A stretch of DNA of 64,000 bases, taken from assembly GCA_964621305.1 (NCBI GenBank), contig CAZUOM010000007.1, positions 5,422-69,421 on the forward strand, in the 5' to 3' direction. Numbering within the stretch: the first letter of the stretch is position 1; each line of letters begins with the position of its first letter. The position numbers were made by a program, and so were the translations under genes. Under the pieces are notes generated by a model. It did no database searches. It was not told the origin of the DNA and saw nothing but the letters and a program-made list of their open reading frames with translations. Below, piece after piece: positions 55,502 through 64,000 of the stretch. Origin of the DNA: an uncultured Gammaproteobacteria bacterium. GTDB taxonomy: Bacteria; Patescibacteriota; Microgenomatia; UBA10105; UBA927.

Positions 55502-56700
55502 AAGGCTTCACAAAACTCACCTTTTTTGTTGCAGTGGCCGCGCTGGCCTGGGGACTTGTTGGACGCTTGAGAAATGATAAAATGGCGTTTGAGAGGAAAG
55601 TCTCCGCTTGTCACGCGATGGACAAAAAAGTCAAGTTTTCCTGTTACCGAAGCGCTATAGAAATGTACTACCACAGTGACCCATTGGATTTGAGCAAAAA
55701 AATAAAAACAGACGCGAACTTCTCGCGACTTTTGAAGCGAGCAACCGTCGACTCCTCGTATGCCAATTTCGGCACTAATTGTCATACGTTTTATCACGCA
55801 GCCGGAGACTTTCTGGCCGAAAGTTTTCCGGACAATTCCGTCGGCGAAAACCTTGCGCTTTGCAGCGGCGAGTGCACCGCCGGCTGCACCATGGGACTTT
55901 TGAAACGGACGGCGTTGCAGAATAATTTTGCGGAGGATATCCTGCAGGAGTTTTTCCGTTCGTGTAAGACAGGAGAAGAGCACCAGTGCGCCCATGAGAT
56001 CGGACATTTACTCAACGATAAATATGTTACTCCGGTTCTTTTACCGCTCGATGAGATTACCCAAAGCCGCTACGGAGTTAAACTCAACAGTGCATATCAA
56101 TACGTTTCCGCTAAAAAAGCAGATTTTAACGCGCCGTTTGAAGAATGCAAGAAACTGGTTCCCGAAAGCGAGATTGCCTACTGCCTTACGGGAATCGGAC
56201 ACAACATGTTTCTATTTTCCCAGTTTTCCGATGGAGGGTACAAAACAAAGTTTGACGAGTGCCAACGCGTGGAAGCCCGAAACAAAAATGATTGTTACGG
56301 ATTTCTCCTGTACAGGATCGGCATCAATGAAGCGGCGCCGAAAGTTATCCTCAAAGAAGTTGAGGCAGGGCAAGCCGTCTGTAACGAGGCGGTTGCGCTC
56401 ATCGGCCGGGAAGACCTGAAGTACCACTGCTACCTGGGGCTTGGTGGCGGGATCGGTTTGTACCTGGATACCGAGTACGGTTCCCGAAAGCTCACCGACG
56501 AGACGATTCCCGAGGTGCAACAGGCGCTCGTAACCCATGCAGCCCTCTGTGAATCAGTTGAGGCTACGTTTTCTAACAAATGCTATGCAGGTCTTATGGG
56601 AACCAAATTTAAGCTCCTCTATAAACTTCTTGACTTGCGCATCGGGCGGATAGAAAAGCTCCTGCCGGAACTGGACAGCGATTTTGAAGTGGTGGGGTAA
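55498..56700 (+). CDS. Exported Cys/His-repeat protein, divergent subfamily D
   Basis: The motifs are CHTFYHAAGDF, CAHEIGHLL and CLTGIGHNMF. Confidence 0.55.
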   Translation: MKGFTKLTFFVAVAALAWGLVGRLRNDKMAFERKVSACHAMDKKVKFSCYRSAIEMYYHSDPLDLSKKIKTDANFSRLLKRATVDSSYANFGTNCHTFYHAAGDFLAESFPDNSVGENLALCSGECTAGCTMGLLKRTALQNNFAEDILQEFFRSCKTGEEHQCAHEIGHLLNDKYVTPVLLPLDEITQSRYGVKLNSAYQYVSAKKADFNAPFEECKKLVPESEIAYCLTGIGHNMFLFSQFSDGGYKTKFDECQRVEARNKNDCYGFLLYRIGINEAAPKVILKEVEAGQAVCNEAVALIGREDLKYHCYLGLGGGIGLYLDTEYGSRKLTDETIPEVQQALVTHAALCESVEATFSNKCYAGLMGTKFKLLYKLLDLRIGRIEKLLPELDSDFEVVG

Positions 56701-56709
56701 ATACCATCA

Positions 56710-58647
56710 TCACGGTACGTGATCCCCTTCAGGCTCCCTAATGCGGAGCATTCGATTGGTAGTAACGTTTCTCAACTCCTGTGTTTTTCCCTGAACCGTT
56801 TTGCCGTTTACGAGACGATTCGGCCAGCGGACAATCAGTTTGTCCACGACACGCGCACGCCCCAGTCCGAAGTGGAGGACAAGTGTGCTGCCGCTGGCAA
56901 AACCGACCCCAGCCTTGACTTCTTTGACCTGCATTTTGCCGCCTGTCGTAACAAAAACTCTGGCTCCGACTGCGGAGCGGTTGGAGGTCGTCCCCTCAAG
57001 GGTTACCGAGAGGAATCGATTGCGACTGCCGCGATTGAGGAAGAGAAGTGCCGGATGAGTTGCCTGTTTTCCCCAGTACATTGACCCGTTGGCCAACACC
57101 AGATCCAGGGCCCCGTCGTTGTTAAAGTCTCCAGTTGCCAGGCCGCTGCCGTTTTCCGAAACTAAGAGTCCGCCTTCTTCCTGCCGGTAGAGATTGAGGA
57201 CTCCGGCATGTTTGGTAATTTCCGCCCAGCGGCTGCCTCCGTCGTTTCGGAAGAATCTACCCGGATTGGTTTTCCCCCCGACGGCGCGCATTGACAGAAT
57301 GGACGCATCCGTGTCAGATTGCATGAAAAAGCTCGGGCTGCCGGGAGAGCCGAAATAGAAAAGGTCCGGGTCGCCGTCGTTTTCAGCGTCCAAAAACGAA
57401 GCGCCCCAGCCGTATTCGTAAGCGGAGAAATCAACGCGCTTTTTTTCCGGGTCGTTATTGGGCACGAGGGGATCGGGGATAATGGACACCTGTGTGCCGA
57501 TTTTTTCAAACCCTGCGCCGGTATTGCGCAGCAGTTCGGCTGACCAACGGCGGGCGTTGGTTGCGCCGACATTGGTAAGAAACAGATCAAAATCGCCGTC
57601 TCCGTCGACATCAGCTGAGTCGATACCCATCCAGCCGCCCATTGTAGAAAGAGGGCCGGTGATACGGGTAAAGCGCACTACCCCATCTGCGCTGTCGTTT
57701 CTGAAGATTTCAAACGAATCAGGAAAATCGTTAGCGATGATAAGATCCGGATCAGCGTCGTTGTCAATATCTGTGAACAGAGCCGCTTGAGTAATGTTAC
57801 CTAAACTATCGCCGGCAATTCTTCCCTTAGCATCAATGGTTAGTCCCAAAATACCCGGCGACGGATCGTGTCCGGTAGGGTGAGGGACGCCGGCTAGGGT
57901 GCCGTCAGGGGAGGCTGTAAGCGTTATATTTTCAAAAGAAACGGAGCCGTTGCCGCCTACGCCGCGATTATGCCACAAAATATTTTTGGCGCCGCGATGT
58001 TTTTTCTCCCGGTAGTTTTCAAAATCCCGGTCGCTTCTGTTTGACTGATAGAGGTCAATAAACCCATCACCGTCAACGTCGGCGGCCGCGACCATCGTTA
58101 CGTACCGGCGAAACCTGCCGTCGCCGGGATATTCGCGCGTGGGAAACGCAATTGTCGTGATATCCTTAAAAATTGATTTGCCGGTCTGGGAGAGTTGGTT
58201 TTCAAAAATCGTCAGCCCGCCTTGTTTGGGATCATATGAGCCATCAAGGTTGTCTCCTTCGACCAGTCCGTGTCCCACGACAAGATCGCTGTCGCCGTCG
58301 TTATCCAGATCTGCCGCAACCGCTGATGTGCCTATCGGCCGGTCCGCGGCAACGCCTGACTCTTCGGAAACATCCGTAAACGTCATGTTGCCGTTATTCT
58401 TGAAAAGAACATTTTTTGAAAATCCCGGGAAGAAAAGATCTTCGTATCCGTCGTTATAGAAATCCAAAACGGCAACTCCTTGCCTTTTAACGTCACCGAA
58501 ACCGGCGGGCCTATCGAATGCTTTTTCCGTTGCATTGACAAACAGCACGGGGTTCCTGGCCGGTTTTCCCGTAACCGCAAGGATGAATAGGATGAGCAGG
58601 AGAAATATAGTTCTCCTACTAGAATTTGGATCAGTATATACCCACAT
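56710..58647 (-). CDS. CRTAC1-like secreted protein: FG-GAP/VCBS repeats plus a C-terminal ASPIC/UnbV domain
   Basis: It has a signal peptide and repeated FG-GAP-like D-x-D/N-G-D calcium-binding loops (DLDNDGDSDLVVG, DVDGDGFIDLY, DADVDGDGDFDLFL). The C-terminus (RFLSVTLEG...GARVFVTTGGKMQVKEV..G.GFAS) is UnbV_ASPIC. Confidence 0.7.
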   Translation of the reverse strand: MWVYTDPNSSRRTIFLLLILFILAVTGKPARNPVLFVNATEKAFDRPAGFGDVKRQGVAVLDFYNDGYEDLFFPGFSKNVLFKNNGNMTFTDVSEESGVAADRPIGTSAVAADLDNDGDSDLVVGHGLVEGDNLDGSYDPKQGGLTIFENQLSQTGKSIFKDITTIAFPTREYPGDGRFRRYVTMVAAADVDGDGFIDLYQSNRSDRDFENYREKKHRGAKNILWHNRGVGGNGSVSFENITLTASPDGTLAGVPHPTGHDPSPGILGLTIDAKGRIAGDSLGNITQAALFTDIDNDADPDLIIANDFPDSFEIFRNDSADGVVRFTRITGPLSTMGGWMGIDSADVDGDGDFDLFLTNVGATNARRWSAELLRNTGAGFEKIGTQVSIIPDPLVPNNDPEKKRVDFSAYEYGWGASFLDAENDGDPDLFYFGSPGSPSFFMQSDTDASILSMRAVGGKTNPGRFFRNDGGSRWAEITKHAGVLNLYRQEEGGLLVSENGSGLATGDFNNDGALDLVLANGSMYWGKQATHPALLFLNRGSRNRFLSVTLEGTTSNRSAVGARVFVTTGGKMQVKEVKAGVGFASGSTLVLHFGLGRARVVDKLIVRWPNRLVNGKTVQGKTQELRNVTTNRMLRIREPEGDHVP

Positions 58648-58725
58648 AACTCAGGTGAAAGTTGTCGGCCAACAGTTATAATAGAATTTAGATCAGTAGT
58701 ATAGTATTATTCTATCCTTAATGAT

Positions 58726-61700
58726 ATGCCACATAATCCTGATCAAGCCGGGTTAAGGTTGGATCGATTTAGAAAGAATTGGCAACAGCGTATCGTTCCT
58801 CCTTTGTTATTGTTTACCCTCGCTTCCTGTGCGGTGAGATCTTCAGAAGAGGTAGTGCCGATTATCGGGCCCGCACTTGGGGGCCCTTTGGATACATTTC
58901 CGGCAGGAGAAACGGTTCCTGCAGTTACAACACCAACTTCGAGGCCAAAAGCAGCACCAACGGAGCGATTACCAAACGAAAAAATTCGAGAAATTAGGCC
59001 AGATTCACTCCTTGAAGCATTATTTTCTCCAAAAAATCTAACAGAACAATACAATGCTAGACCCTGGCTAAATTCCACGACCAATATAGCTTGGCACACG
59101 ACGTTGCCTTGGGGTGGCGTAACGTATGCAGACAGGTTTTACGATGAGCGACCGTGGACGAGCAAAGAACATTTGTGGCAGGATGATCAAGGCGATTGGC
59201 ATGAATATGAAAAGCGTGGCGATGAATATATTTTAGTAAAGAGAAATGGGCCAGGAGTCGTCAATAGGCTTTGGTTTTCCTATGATGATGCCAGCCAACT
59301 CACTGATTTTCAAAAACTCGATCCAAGAAATTACAACTACATGACATGGGGAAACTTGGATAAGTTGGGGTTTTTAAAAATTACCATCGATGGTCAGGTT
59401 GTATTTAATCGACCGATCACAGAATATTTTTCAGGAAAACCATTCGGTATTCCTGACCAGATCGGCGAGTTAATCAACTGGAAGGTTCCAGAGATGGGCT
59501 CTGTGGGCAGCTTGTTAAAGCTATCGTACGCAAAGAGCGTTGAGATATCTGTTTACAGAGGGGAGCAGCCGCGATTTTTTGCAATAGACGGCCTTACATT
59601 CCCGTTGACCACAAAGGTTATCCCCTTTACCGGAAGACCAACAGACTATTCGAAACTAGCAACTCCTTTACTATCACGAATCATAAAAAATCCAGATGTG
59701 TATCTTAATACAGTTGGACAAAAACCTGAATCGAGACTACTTAAAACAAATACAAAAGACGGTTCAATAGATTTTCCTGGTACAGGAACAATTGAAGCTA
59801 TACAATTGAAAGTTCCAAAACACGTTGATCAAGGGAAGTTGACCTTGAGGATTCGATATGGATCGGAAACAGCGGTGTCTATGCCATTGATTGCATTTTT
59901 TGGTGAAAAAGATCGTCTATCTTTCCATAAAAGTTTTCCCCTGTCTATCATTGAAGACGGCGACTCTATCCTCTACGTAGGGAATCTTCCGTTACCGTTT
60001 GATCAGGGTATGGCATTGGAGGTGCATCATGCGGATGGACAACGGGTAGATATTGCAGCACAGTACGTACGGAGCAACAGAACGGTACCCTCACGGCTTT
60101 ATGTAGACTTTGGTAGCGATGAAAAGCTTTTGGCTAATGGGCCAAACTATGTACGCACCGTTGTCGGCAGCGGAAAAGTAGTTGGGATGGTACTAACGAC
60201 CAAAGATCAATGTCAAATGTGTGTCCGAAGGGAATATTTCGATAACGGCATTGAAGTGGTTTTTTTTCCACATCAATTTGGTTTTTTAGAAGGAAATGTT
60301 GAGATAGATACCGGTAAAGGCACGTTGATACATAGTAGTATTGAAGACTTTTTTAACGGCGGTATCTATTGGAACTTATTTCATCAGGGCGTTCCAAATC
60401 AACCATATACGCACCACTCCGGTTTGTTATCCGGTCAATGGGATGGCGCAAAACCGTTTGGAACATTCTATCGATACTTTCATGGTACTGATGGGATAGA
60501 ATTTACGAACGCATTGAAAGTATCGATGCAACATGGAGTCTTTAATAATAACTGGCCGGTGACATACGCGTTAACTATATATTACTATAAGGACTCAACT
60601 CCATCGGTTCAAACCCTGCCCCAACAGCCCGTCAAGGTGGAAGCGCCTCAAGAGCGTCGTTCAGACAATGCATTGGAGACCAGATTGCAACAGCCTGATT
60701 TGGTTTTAACTGAAGCAGACCTTGCTCTTTTTACAGGCAAGCGTTTGATATTGACCCGCGAGGGGCAAATGGTCACGATTCCAAAAGGTTCGTATCAAAA
60801 GGTCACCATCGTTCAGTCGGCTAAGAACAGCACCATACGATTGCCCGAGGGTACACTAGCGGGTATTTCATTTGAAGTGCAAGGACCACATCCTAACAGG
60901 ATTATTGGCAACAAGACGACGTTGATTGTTCCCGAAGAACACGTTGGCGTTACGGTAACCGGCAAGGGGAGAGAGAGCGGACAAATATACCTATCCGGAA
61001 TTACGTGCATATCCCCGAGTTATCAATCAAATGTACCCAAGCCCGGTGTCAGAAAACATTTACAGAAAGAACATGACACCTTTCATACTGGCCAGAGCGT
61101 TCGGCCTGTATATTACACCACATGCATAAATGTTGTAAATCGAGATAACATCGTCATTGATAATATTCACGCAACGAATATGACGGTCGGCGTACTCCTT
61201 GAAAATTCAGAATCCATTCGTGTTGTGCGAAGTGCATTTTCTTTTTTAGATGGATCAGGAATATTGGGAATCGGAAGCCAGAGGATCGTTGTTGGAGGAG
61301 ATATCCTTTTGCAAGATGGATCGAGAGTAAATGGAAGAAATGTATTTACTACGATCCATCGTGATTCATTTGCCAATGGAGAAAGCGCCGGAGCCGTGAC
61401 GTTGATTTCAGGTAAAGGTCCAACCGGCGTCAGGGGTGCAAACGAGTGGACCATAGTCGGCAATGTTTTTAATGGTCTTATTGATCGGGCCATATTTCGA
61501 GACGGTTTTTATGTCCTCGGGGATTACTATGAGAATGATGGTTTAATTGTTCTTGGCAATACCATGGAATTTCGAGATTCCGGGATTGCGTCGCCGTTTG
61601 GGAAAAACGTACTATTTGCACAGAATCAGTTTTTTCCGATGGGAAACAAAGTAGGGGTGCAATCGTTTCCTGTTTACGTTCCGTCAGTAGACGGTGTCAT

Positions 61701-61920
61701 CGTCGGTCCTGGAAACACGATTGACGGTTCGCCGTTGCGGTATATTGGTAGGCCATCCGGCGGGCAACACGTTGTCACAACTGACCCAGTAAATTTTTTG
61801 GCTCCTGGCCTTGTTGTTTTAGAACAGGCTCGGGGAGTCATTATAGACAATAACCCTAGTCGATTTGACCGTCTACTGCCTCCACTGATACAGATACCTT
61901 CACTAGTAAACACGAAGTAA
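58726..61920 (+). CDS. Large (1064 aa) lipoprotein with a C-terminal right-handed parallel beta-helix (pectate-lyase-like) region
   Basis: A lipobox LASC lies inside LLLFTLASCAV. The C-terminal ~350 aa carry beta-helix-like repeats (NIVIDNIHATNMTVGVLLENSESIRVV...). The middle region is uncharacterised. Confidence 0.45.
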   Translation: MPHNPDQAGLRLDRFRKNWQQRIVPPLLLFTLASCAVRSSEEVVPIIGPALGGPLDTFPAGETVPAVTTPTSRPKAAPTERLPNEKIREIRPDSLLEALFSPKNLTEQYNARPWLNSTTNIAWHTTLPWGGVTYADRFYDERPWTSKEHLWQDDQGDWHEYEKRGDEYILVKRNGPGVVNRLWFSYDDASQLTDFQKLDPRNYNYMTWGNLDKLGFLKITIDGQVVFNRPITEYFSGKPFGIPDQIGELINWKVPEMGSVGSLLKLSYAKSVEISVYRGEQPRFFAIDGLTFPLTTKVIPFTGRPTDYSKLATPLLSRIIKNPDVYLNTVGQKPESRLLKTNTKDGSIDFPGTGTIEAIQLKVPKHVDQGKLTLRIRYGSETAVSMPLIAFFGEKDRLSFHKSFPLSIIEDGDSILYVGNLPLPFDQGMALEVHHADGQRVDIAAQYVRSNRTVPSRLYVDFGSDEKLLANGPNYVRTVVGSGKVVGMVLTTKDQCQMCVRREYFDNGIEVVFFPHQFGFLEGNVEIDTGKGTLIHSSIEDFFNGGIYWNLFHQGVPNQPYTHHSGLLSGQWDGAKPFGTFYRYFHGTDGIEFTNALKVSMQHGVFNNNWPVTYALTIYYYKDSTPSVQTLPQQPVKVEAPQERRSDNALETRLQQPDLVLTEADLALFTGKRLILTREGQMVTIPKGSYQKVTIVQSAKNSTIRLPEGTLAGISFEVQGPHPNRIIGNKTTLIVPEEHVGVTVTGKGRESGQIYLSGITCISPSYQSNVPKPGVRKHLQKEHDTFHTGQSVRPVYYTTCINVVNRDNIVIDNIHATNMTVGVLLENSESIRVVRSAFSFLDGSGILGIGSQRIVVGGDILLQDGSRVNGRNVFTTIHRDSFANGESAGAVTLISGKGPTGVRGANEWTIVGNVFNGLIDRAIFRDGFYVLGDYYENDGLIVLGNTMEFRDSGIASPFGKNVLFAQNQFFPMGNKVGVQSFPVYVPSVDGVIVGPGNTIDGSPLRYIGRPSGGQHVVTTDPVNFLAPGLVVLEQARGVIIDNNPSRFDRLLPPLIQIPSLVNTK

Positions 61921-61925
61921 TATTG

Positions 61926-62693
61926 TCATGGTTGGGGATTGGTGCATCGCTTGGTATACGACGTTGGAAGAAGACCACACAGCGCCTCGCGGGTCGGATT
62001 ATCCGGCGGGAACATCTGCGCAGCGGTCGCAAATAGGCTGTCAAAGCATTCTGTCTGGACGGCGGGTTGTGAATTTTTGCACAAAGATACGGCCTCGTGT
62101 AGACGTGACGCATCAGCGACAAGAACTATGATTGCTGCATCTGCACGGCAGAGACCCTGCTCGCTTTGGGGGAACTCATTACAAAATGACGCGATGCGTT
62201 GAAGGTCAAAGTTGCGGTTTGCCGCCGCCCGCTGAAACAGGATATCTAGGCAGCTCCGACGGGACGCATCCGTTGGGGACATGAGACAGTAATTGGAAAT
62301 TCCCTTTGCGGTTTTGGTTTCTTCGGAAAATAAGATCCACCCCTGGTTTATGCAAGTGGCGTATTGTTGATCATCAAATCTGCGGCAAAAATCCATGAGT
62401 GAACTTTTTTCATAGGAAGCACCAAAAGCCTGCTTTTTGAAAAACGTTAAAAAAGCTCCGTCCCAGCAGTGATGTGCAAGGCCTTCTTTTTGTTTTGCCA
62501 GAATATTGCAGAAGGAAATTGCTCGTTGGATAGAGACACCAGGCAAGGCGACGAGATGTGAGCCGATTTGCATGTGGCAGTGCATGCGGGCAAAGGAGGA
62601 GGCGTTTGTATAATCGCAATAGGAACCGACTGCAAAGAAAAGTCCGGCACCGAAAAGAGATAACATAAGACAGCAAATGACAAGGCGTTTCAT
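61926..62693 (-). CDS. Short Cys/His-repeat family member (255 aa, exported)
   Basis: It has an N-terminal signal sequence and the motifs MHCHMQIGSHL and HHCWDGAFLTFF, with more than 18 Cys. It resembles the C-terminal half of the array proteins. Confidence 0.45.
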   Translation of the reverse strand: MKRLVICCLMLSLFGAGLFFAVGSYCDYTNASSFARMHCHMQIGSHLVALPGVSIQRAISFCNILAKQKEGLAHHCWDGAFLTFFKKQAFGASYEKSSLMDFCRRFDDQQYATCINQGWILFSEETKTAKGISNYCLMSPTDASRRSCLDILFQRAAANRNFDLQRIASFCNEFPQSEQGLCRADAAIIVLVADASRLHEAVSLCKNSQPAVQTECFDSLFATAAQMFPPDNPTREALCGLLPTSYTKRCTNPQP

Positions 62694-63673
62694 AGCTGTT
62701 CAATCCTTTCGATGTTGGTCAGGCAGACCTGCTTGTTTTGTAGAGAGAGTGCATCACAAAGGGATGGAGCTACCGTTTCAAGCTTCTTGATTTTAAAAAA
62801 CCCGCTTGCTGCGCCGGCAAGACAGATTGCTTGATTATATTTTGATGCAAGCATGGAACACTGGATACGGGTTGATGGTACGTCGAAATTCGTTGATGCA
62901 GCAACTGAAAATCCGATACCGAGTAAACAGTTTTTTTTTGCAGACGGCGTCGCTCCTTCAAGACAGAGCGCTTCTATCTTAAGAAGATCTTTTTCATATA
63001 CGACAAACCACCAACTTGCTTGAAAGCGATAGCAATAATCTATAAATAGCGGAGGAACAGACTGACAAGGAATATGAGGATGTAATGGGTCCAAGGGTCG
63101 AACTGATTTGCCGGATGCCGTATCGTCCATGGAGCGAAAGTTGGATTCCATAAAAACACCGGTGGCACACGCTTTTGCCGTTGGTCCCGGGGCAACAAGC
63201 TCACACATCTCAATGGCCTTGGTTATGTTGTTGTGTCCTAGCGTGGCGATAATGCCGTGTCCTGCGCCGTGAAGACATTCGACATTTTGCCGGTACGGTC
63301 GGCTGCTGCAGGCTTTTGTGACGTTTTCAAGTGAAGCAGGGGATAAGGTAGGAAATGCTAAGGTAAAAAAACCATGAAAACACCCGTAGCCGTAGGCATC
63401 GTCGCAGAAAGCAATACCGCTGGTTTCCAGTGCGGCATACAGTGACCGGCCGAATTCGTGTGCTAATTGATGTTGTTTCTTGTAGGGCTGCGTTGCCGTT
63501 TTGTTTTTGAACTGGCTATTTGCCGCCTGCGGGCCGGATAATTTTATTATGCGCGTCCATGCGTCCGGCGATCTAGAATGGTTTGTTCTCTTTCCTATAT
63601 AATACAAAACAGCGATAGATATGAAAAAAATAAGGAGCACGAAAAAGAAACGAGAAGGCATTAATCGCTTCAT
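62690..63673 (-). CDS. Cys/His-repeat family member (327 aa, exported)
   Basis: It has an N-terminal TM helix and the motifs CFHGFF, CLHGAGHGIIATLGH and CLLGIGF. An A9 homopolymer lies at 62932-62940. Confidence 0.5.
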   Translation of the reverse strand: MKRLMPSRFFFVLLIFFISIAVLYYIGKRTNHSRSPDAWTRIIKLSGPQAANSQFKNKTATQPYKKQHQLAHEFGRSLYAALETSGIAFCDDAYGYGCFHGFFTLAFPTLSPASLENVTKACSSRPYRQNVECLHGAGHGIIATLGHNNITKAIEMCELVAPGPTAKACATGVFMESNFRSMDDTASGKSVRPLDPLHPHIPCQSVPPLFIDYCYRFQASWWFVVYEKDLLKIEALCLEGATPSAKKNCLLGIGFSVAASTNFDVPSTRIQCSMLASKYNQAICLAGAASGFFKIKKLETVAPSLCDALSLQNKQVCLTNIERIEQL

Positions 63674-63689
63674 GTATCTATCCTACATC

Positions 63690-64000
63690 ATGCACAATAT
63701 TTTTTCCCGCTTGTCCGGATTGGTTCCGACACACCAGCGCATCAATGTGGCCCTTGCTATCAGGCAGACGCTTTTTATTGTCGTTGTCGGCAAGATTCTT
63801 TTCCGTGTGCCGTTGAGGTGGATGGATATTGCAGGCGTGGTGGCCGTAGGATTTATCATCGAGCACGTTCTTATATTTGTCAAAGAGCGTAAGATTAGCG
63901 GTCTTTCGATTGCCTCCGTCAACACGTCTTTGTCAACTGCACTTATGCTTGGGACGACGAACTTTTTTGTCTACGTCGTCGGGCTTCTTATCGGATTTTT
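63690..64000 (+). CDS. 3'-truncated CDS: N-terminal part of an integral membrane protein
   Basis: The frame is open from the ATG at 63690 to the window end. It encodes MHNIFSRLSGLVPTHQRINVALAIRQTLFIVVVGKILF..., with at least 3 predicted TM helices. Confidence 0.3.
   Translation, partial: MHNIFSRLSGLVPTHQRINVALAIRQTLFIVVVGKILFRVPLRWMDIAGVVAVGFIIEHVLIFVKERKISGLSIASVNTSLSTALMLGTTNFFVYVVGLLIGF

Noticed and set aside
46221-56700. I considered whether the Cys/His-repeat proteins were c-type cytochromes or HExxH metalloproteases.
   Set aside because: No CxxCH heme-binding motif is present in any member. The conserved motif is C-x-H-G-x-G-H, without the catalytic Glu of zincins.
1-64000. I considered use of an alternative genetic code with TGA as a sense codon.
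   Set aside because: Genes with clear domain boundaries terminate at TGA, for example the methyltransferase at 9764-9766. No conserved domain is interrupted by in-frame TGA codons.

Overview
This 64-kb window is protein-coding almost end to end. I found no rRNA, tRNA, CRISPR array or transposase/integrase by eye. The genome uses the standard genetic code (TGA serves as a stop, e.g. at 9764-9766) and is compact, with many 4-8 bp start/stop overlaps between genes. The lineage is probably a small-genome bacterium, possibly Patescibacteria-like, but that is inference only.

Positions 1-45,900 form a very large cell-envelope glycosylation island. It contains five GT2 (polyprenyl-phosphate-sugar-type) glycosyltransferases. 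It contains at least 13 polytopic GT-C-like membrane proteins: three tandem YfhO-family genes, five paralogs of a second YfhO-distant family, and five ArnT/PMT-like genes. It contains three DegT-type aminotransferases, an RmlC-like cupin, two SAM methyltransferases, a hexapeptide acetyltransferase, two SDR epimerase/dehydratases, a TPP-dependent E1 alpha/beta pair, and a reversed-order HldE-like nucleotidyltransferase-kinase. One YfhO gene carries a C-terminal GmhB-like HAD phosphatase fusion. The island also holds a carbamoyltransferase, an O-antigen-ligase-like protein with TPR repeats, three tandem type IV pilins, a TrmB-family regulator and two VapBC toxin-antitoxin pairs, with a decayed copy of a vapC-GT2 junction nearby.

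Two things stand out. First, many of the membrane glycosyltransferase genes contain short in-gene tandem repeat tracts. Several are heptanucleotide repeats, and the same TTCAAAT unit recurs in three different genes. This is the signature of slipped-strand phase-variable contingency loci. Second, positions 46,221-56,700 hold a co-directional, translationally coupled array of eight paralogous exported proteins, with two more on the minus strand at 61,926-63,673. These share a repeated Cys...C-x-H-[GA]-x-G-H motif and appear to be an uncharacterised Cys/His-repeat family. A CRTAC1-like FG-GAP/ASPIC protein and a 1064-aa beta-helix lipoprotein sit next to them, consistent with a cell-surface or host-interaction locus.
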